From positions 1-38,771 of the forward strand of contig JBAXZU010000002.1 of NCBI GenBank assembly GCA_041670225.1: a stretch of DNA of 38,771 nucleotides. Reading direction: 5' to 3'. Source of the stretch: Bacilli bacterium (GTDB lineage Bacteria; Bacillota_I; Bacilli_A; RFN20; CAG-288). The number at the start of each line of letters is the position of its first letter. The stretch's first letter is position 1. Of this stretch, positions 35,874-38,771 are shown in pieces. The notes below the pieces were generated by a model. That model saw only the letters and a program-made list of their open reading frames with translations, was not told where the DNA came from and did not search any database. Made by a program: the position numbers and the translations under genes.

Positions 35874-36061
35874 AAATAATTCCTCCGAAAAGAGAAGACC
35901 ATAAATTATTATCATTATAAGACAATTTTGCCATAATGATAATACCTTCTTTCGGAAACAGGAGAAAAATACGGAAAAACATTTTTAAAAATCTTTAAGT
36001 GTTTGTTATCTACACACAACGTAAATCTCCTCAAAAATCTATATTTTTATAAAAATAAAAA

Positions 36062-36100
36062 TAGCTGCCCAGCCTCAGTTGACTGAGGCCTGACAGCTTA
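36062..36100 (-). terminator. rho-independent terminator after the 175-aa membrane protein gene
   Basis: Stem gcctcag-ttga-ctgaggc is extended by agctg/cagct, followed by a U-rich run on the minus-strand RNA. Confidence 0.6.
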
Positions 36101-36105
36101 ATAAT

Positions 36106-36633
36106 TTAGGCTTTCTTATATCTTTCTTTAAGATTATGACAAATCTGCTTTAGATAAACATTGTAGAAAATAACAAAATTAATAATAATATAAACGACAG
36201 TCAAACAAATAGCGGGAATCAACTCTGTTTCTACACCATAATATCCATCAGGGGAAGGAACATATTTGCAAGTAAAGTACGAGCAAAGAGTGAAGGCACC
36301 GGCAAATAGAAGATTAACACCAATGAAAATGATAGGCATAAGCCAAGATTTAAATGGCTTATAACGAATCTGCGTATAGATAATCATTCCTAACGAAACT
36401 ACAGCCATAATCATGAAGAAAAGTATAATATATGACCAAATCTTGGCCGGAAATTCATCAACAAACCAATAGCCCATTGGAATCTGTTGAGCAAACACCC
36501 CAAAAATCAAGATATTTGTAACCAAAAGCTCATAACTGAGAACGACCCATGAAAGCTGCTGGGCGGAACATCTTTCAAATAATCCTTCATTTAGAAATTG
36601 ACGTCCATATTCTTTATTAAAAATATTTTTCAT
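36106..36633 (-). CDS. integral membrane protein (4-5 TM), unknown function
   Basis: Hydrophobic profile. The start overlaps the upstream stop (ATGA), implying translational coupling. Confidence 0.7.
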   Translation of the reverse strand: MKNIFNKEYGRQFLNEGLFERCSAQQLSWVVLSYELLVTNILIFGVFAQQIPMGYWFVDEFPAKIWSYIILFFMIMAVVSLGMIIYTQIRYKPFKSWLMPIIFIGVNLLFAGAFTLCSYFTCKYVPSPDGYYGVETELIPAICLTVVYIIINFVIFYNVYLKQICHNLKERYKKA

Positions 36634-37331
36634 ATTAATGTATATACCCCCTTACATGAAAACCATGTCCATTGAAGTCCCATCTTGAGTCCTTTATTCT
36701 GAGAACCAGCAAGAATAATGTTTGCCAATATTGTTATTAAAATTGCAGCAAAGAATATTACAATAATTCCAACAATCCATCCGGCAGCACCAATTGAAAA
36801 CAATGACAAAAATCCCCCACTCAACTTGGATAAAAAATAAGACACATTTGGCAGACTAGCAACACTCAAAATTTGCCCTGCAGAATCAGCTACATCAAGA
36901 GCTCTTTGATAGAACCAAATACAATCTTTTGCGGAAACATTCAGTCCCCAGAAGCTACCTGATGATTGAGTGTTGGAAACAGAATAAGTTTGAACTGATT
37001 GACTAGTTCCCGAAACACCTGGATTCGGAGTCACAATACCTGGATTTGGGGTAATTACTCCTGGATTCAATGTCGCAGTTTCATCTATTTCTTTTATTCC
37101 AGATGAAAAACCCGGATTTTGAATTGTAACAGCAAACAGATCACTCATTAAAGAATCATTTTTTGACAAAGGTGATTCATTATCACAATCAAATATAGGA
37201 TCAGCAATTCCAAGATCCGTTGCAAAATTCATTGCCAACTGAACACTTCCCTGCTCTTCTTTAACAAAATAAGTCAATAATTTTTCTTGGTAATCATTTA
37301 TTGCCGCAACAGAATCCAACTGATAAGGCAA
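36630..37331 (-). CDS. C-terminally membrane-anchored protein with PNPG-type short repeats; possibly the remnant of a longer secreted protein
   Basis: The ORF begins only at a TTG with no SD. It contains NPGVITPNPGIVTPNPGVSG and a C-terminal double TM segment. See the upstream signal-peptide ORF. Confidence 0.55.
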   Translation of the reverse strand: MPYQLDSVAAINDYQEKLLTYFVKEEQGSVQLAMNFATDLGIADPIFDCDNESPLSKNDSLMSDLFAVTIQNPGFSSGIKEIDETATLNPGVITPNPGIVTPNPGVSGTSQSVQTYSVSNTQSSGSFWGLNVSAKDCIWFYQRALDVADSAGQILSVASLPNVSYFLSKLSGGFLSLFSIGAAGWIVGIIVIFFAAILITILANIILAGSQNKGLKMGLQWTWFSCKGVYTLI

Positions 37332-37395
37332 ACTTTCAGTTTTTAAAAAACTGCTAGAAAAAGCTCGTTATGTTTCCTGCTGTGAGCTAACAATC

Positions 37396-37473
37396 TAATT
37401 AGCCACAGAAGCAGTACCAGAGGCCTGAAAAGTCGTTGCAAGACTTAAGGCTACGCAAATAAACTCAAGCATA
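37396..37473 (-). other. 25-codon signal-peptide-like ORF (MLEFICVALSLATTFQASGTASVAN) with SD and promoter, apparently the detached 5' end of the downstream ORF
   Basis: AAAGGA lies 8 nt before the ATG. By my reading the ORF shares the frame of the 233-aa ORF, separated from it by TAG and TAA codons. Confidence 0.4.
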
Positions 37474-37523
37474 ATTTTTGTCCTTTCTTTAACCAATCAA
37501 TCTAGATTTTTGATTTGGTGTAA

Positions 37524-37552
37524 TGATAAACAATATTATGTTCATATTCAAC
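37524..37552 (-). promoter_or_regulatory. candidate sigma-A promoter (TTGAAT-17-TATCAT) for the signal-peptide ORF and membrane gene pair
   Basis: Read on the minus strand about 50 nt upstream of the ATG at about 37473. Confidence 0.4.
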
Positions 37553-37768
37553 TTTTTTAAGAGACGATTTTAAGGAAATTTGACAAAAAATTTAAATTTA
37601 ATTTAAGAAATAGAGGTTTTTAACTGTTTTTTTTTTTTTATTGTAAGTAAACAACAAAATACACTTTTGTAACCGCTTTCAAGTAATAATTAAATTTTCT
37701 TTGTTTCTTTTCTTTAGCGATATTTATAAATACTACGTACTTTTATTAAAATTAAATACGATTTTTCA

Positions 37769-37871
37769 TTGATTTTACAACCTTATGTAGTAAAATATTC
37801 TTTGGCTAATTGTGAACTACACCCCGGTAAGGTTACAGTTTGCTCAAGATACAAGAAAGGATATTTGACAA
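37769..37871 (+). promoter_or_regulatory. candidate rplM promoter (TTGATT-16-TAAAAT) plus a ~70-nt leader
   Basis: Hexamers lie at about 37769-37796. The leader can pair tgaact with agtttg around accccggtaaggttac. Firmicutes are known to have an L13 leader RNA upstream of rplM. Confidence 0.35.
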
Positions 37872-38327
37872 ATGCAACGTCAAACAACAATTTACAAGAA
37901 GTCTGATGTAACCAAAAAATGGTTCGTCGTCGATGCTTCTGATAAGCCCCTTGGTCGATTAGCCTCCGAGATCGCAATCATCCTTATGGGAAAAAACAAG
38001 CCGGAGTATACTCCGAACTTCGATTGCGGTGACTTCGTTATCGTCGTCAATTGTTCGAAGGTTTGGTTGACTGGTAATAAGCTTACCCAGAAGATGTACT
38101 ATGACAACAAGTCTGGTACTTACGGTGGTCTTAGAACTAGACAGGCAAAAGTGATGAAGGAGAAGTATTCTACTGAAATGGTCAGAAGAGCTGTATGGGG
38201 TATGCTTCCCAAGGGTTCCTTAGGAAAGCAGATGGTCAGAAAACTCTATGTCTATGAAGGCGCTGAACATGAAAAGCAGGATAAAAAGCCGATCGAAGTC
38301 GAGCTGACTGCTAAGAGGGAGAAGTAA
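37872..38327 (+). CDS. rplM: 50S ribosomal protein L13
   Basis: The [34 protein letters not shown] signature is present. Confidence 0.95.
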   Translation: MQRQTTIYKKSDVTKKWFVVDASDKPLGRLASEIAIILMGKNKPEYTPNFDCGDFVIVVNCSKVWLTGNKLTQKMYYDNKSGTYGGLRTRQAKVMKEKYSTEMVRRAVWGMLPKGSLGKQMVRKLYVYEGAEHEKQDKKPIEVELTAKREK

Positions 38328-38329
38328 TC

Positions 38330-38737
38330 ATGGCAAACACTAAAACTGACAAACTGATTTACTCAGCTGTTGGAAGAAGAAAATCTTCTGTTGCCAGAGT
38401 CTTCGTTACTCCTGGTACAGGTGAAATCATCATCAACGGCAAAAAGATCGATGAGTATTTACCTCACAAGACTTTAGTTCTTGATGCTACCCAGCCTTTA
38501 CAGGTTACTAGCACTGAAGGAAAGTATGATGTGAAGGCCAATATCGTCGGTGGTGGTTATTCCGGTCAGGCCGGAGCCTTAAGATTAGGTATCGCAAGAT
38601 CCTTAGTCAAAGCCAACCCTGATTTCCGCGCTGCTCTCAGAGCTGCTGGTCTCTTAACTGTAGATTCCAGAGTTGTCGAGAGAAAGAAGTACGGTTTCAG
38701 AAAAGCTAGAAAATCTGGTCAGTTCTCCAAGCGTTAA
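38330..38737 (+). CDS. rpsI: 30S ribosomal protein S9
   Basis: [30 protein letters not shown] and the C-terminal [11 protein letters not shown] are present. The gene starts 2 nt after rplM and has a GAGGGAG SD. Confidence 0.95.
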   Translation: MANTKTDKLIYSAVGRRKSSVARVFVTPGTGEIIINGKKIDEYLPHKTLVLDATQPLQVTSTEGKYDVKANIVGGGYSGQAGALRLGIARSLVKANPDFRAALRAAGLLTVDSRVVERKKYGFRKARKSGQFSKR

Positions 38738-38771
38738 TCCGCTTGTTGGACAAAAAGTCTACTTCAAATCA

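Noticed and set aside
37783-37977. 64-aa minus-strand ORF overlapping the rplM start and leader
   Set aside because: It is antisense to a ribosomal protein gene and its promoter region. It has no SD and no recognisable sequence.
1-38771. CRISPR arrays, IS elements or transposases, tRNA or rRNA genes, and known defence or toxin-antitoxin modules
   Set aside because: I saw no regularly spaced direct repeats, terminal inverted repeats, transposase or integrase-like ORFs, or cloverleaf-type sequences other than the tRNA-like end of the tmRNA.

Overview
This is a low-GC chromosomal segment of Bacillota (Firmicutes) type. It uses the standard genetic code: TAA, TAG and TGA all end recognisable genes. 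Most genes are on the minus strand.

Core genes I recognise:
- A trans-translation and RNA-decay neighbourhood: secG-rnr-smpB, with the tmRNA gene ssrA about 5.6 kb downstream.
- Pyruvate phosphate dikinase and an iron-type alcohol dehydrogenase.
- A tightly packed lysS / DUF2974-like hydrolase / tldD / pmbA operon.
- A CDF cation exporter, a WbbI-like glycosyltransferase abutting an FGGY sugar kinase, and rplM-rpsI at the right edge.
- One partial and one divergent acyl-ACP thioesterase, and an AgrC-like histidine kinase with no partner regulator in the window.

Accessory or uncharacterised material:
- A 1375-aa secreted protein with its own promoter, palindrome and structured leader.
- A membrane-anchored 358-aa protein followed by an unlisted 50-codon membrane ORF.
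- Two BspA-type leucine-rich-repeat proteins flanking a 4-TM protein.
- A truncated RhuM-family gene about 200 nt from ssrA.
- A three-gene operon of very acidic proteins.
- A coupled membrane-protein pair whose first gene seems cut off from its signal peptide by in-frame stops.

I saw no CRISPR array, IS element, integrase, tRNA or rRNA, and no known defence system. The most unusual single observation is the ~300-aa RGG/SY/DR-type tail of RNase R, partly encoded by near-identical 123-bp tandem repeats.

CDS coordinates follow the ORF track, sometimes with a shorter start chosen from Shine-Dalgarno evidence. Coordinates of hairpins, promoters and the tmRNA were read by eye and may be off by 1-2 nt. 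All family assignments come from motif recognition; no searches were run.
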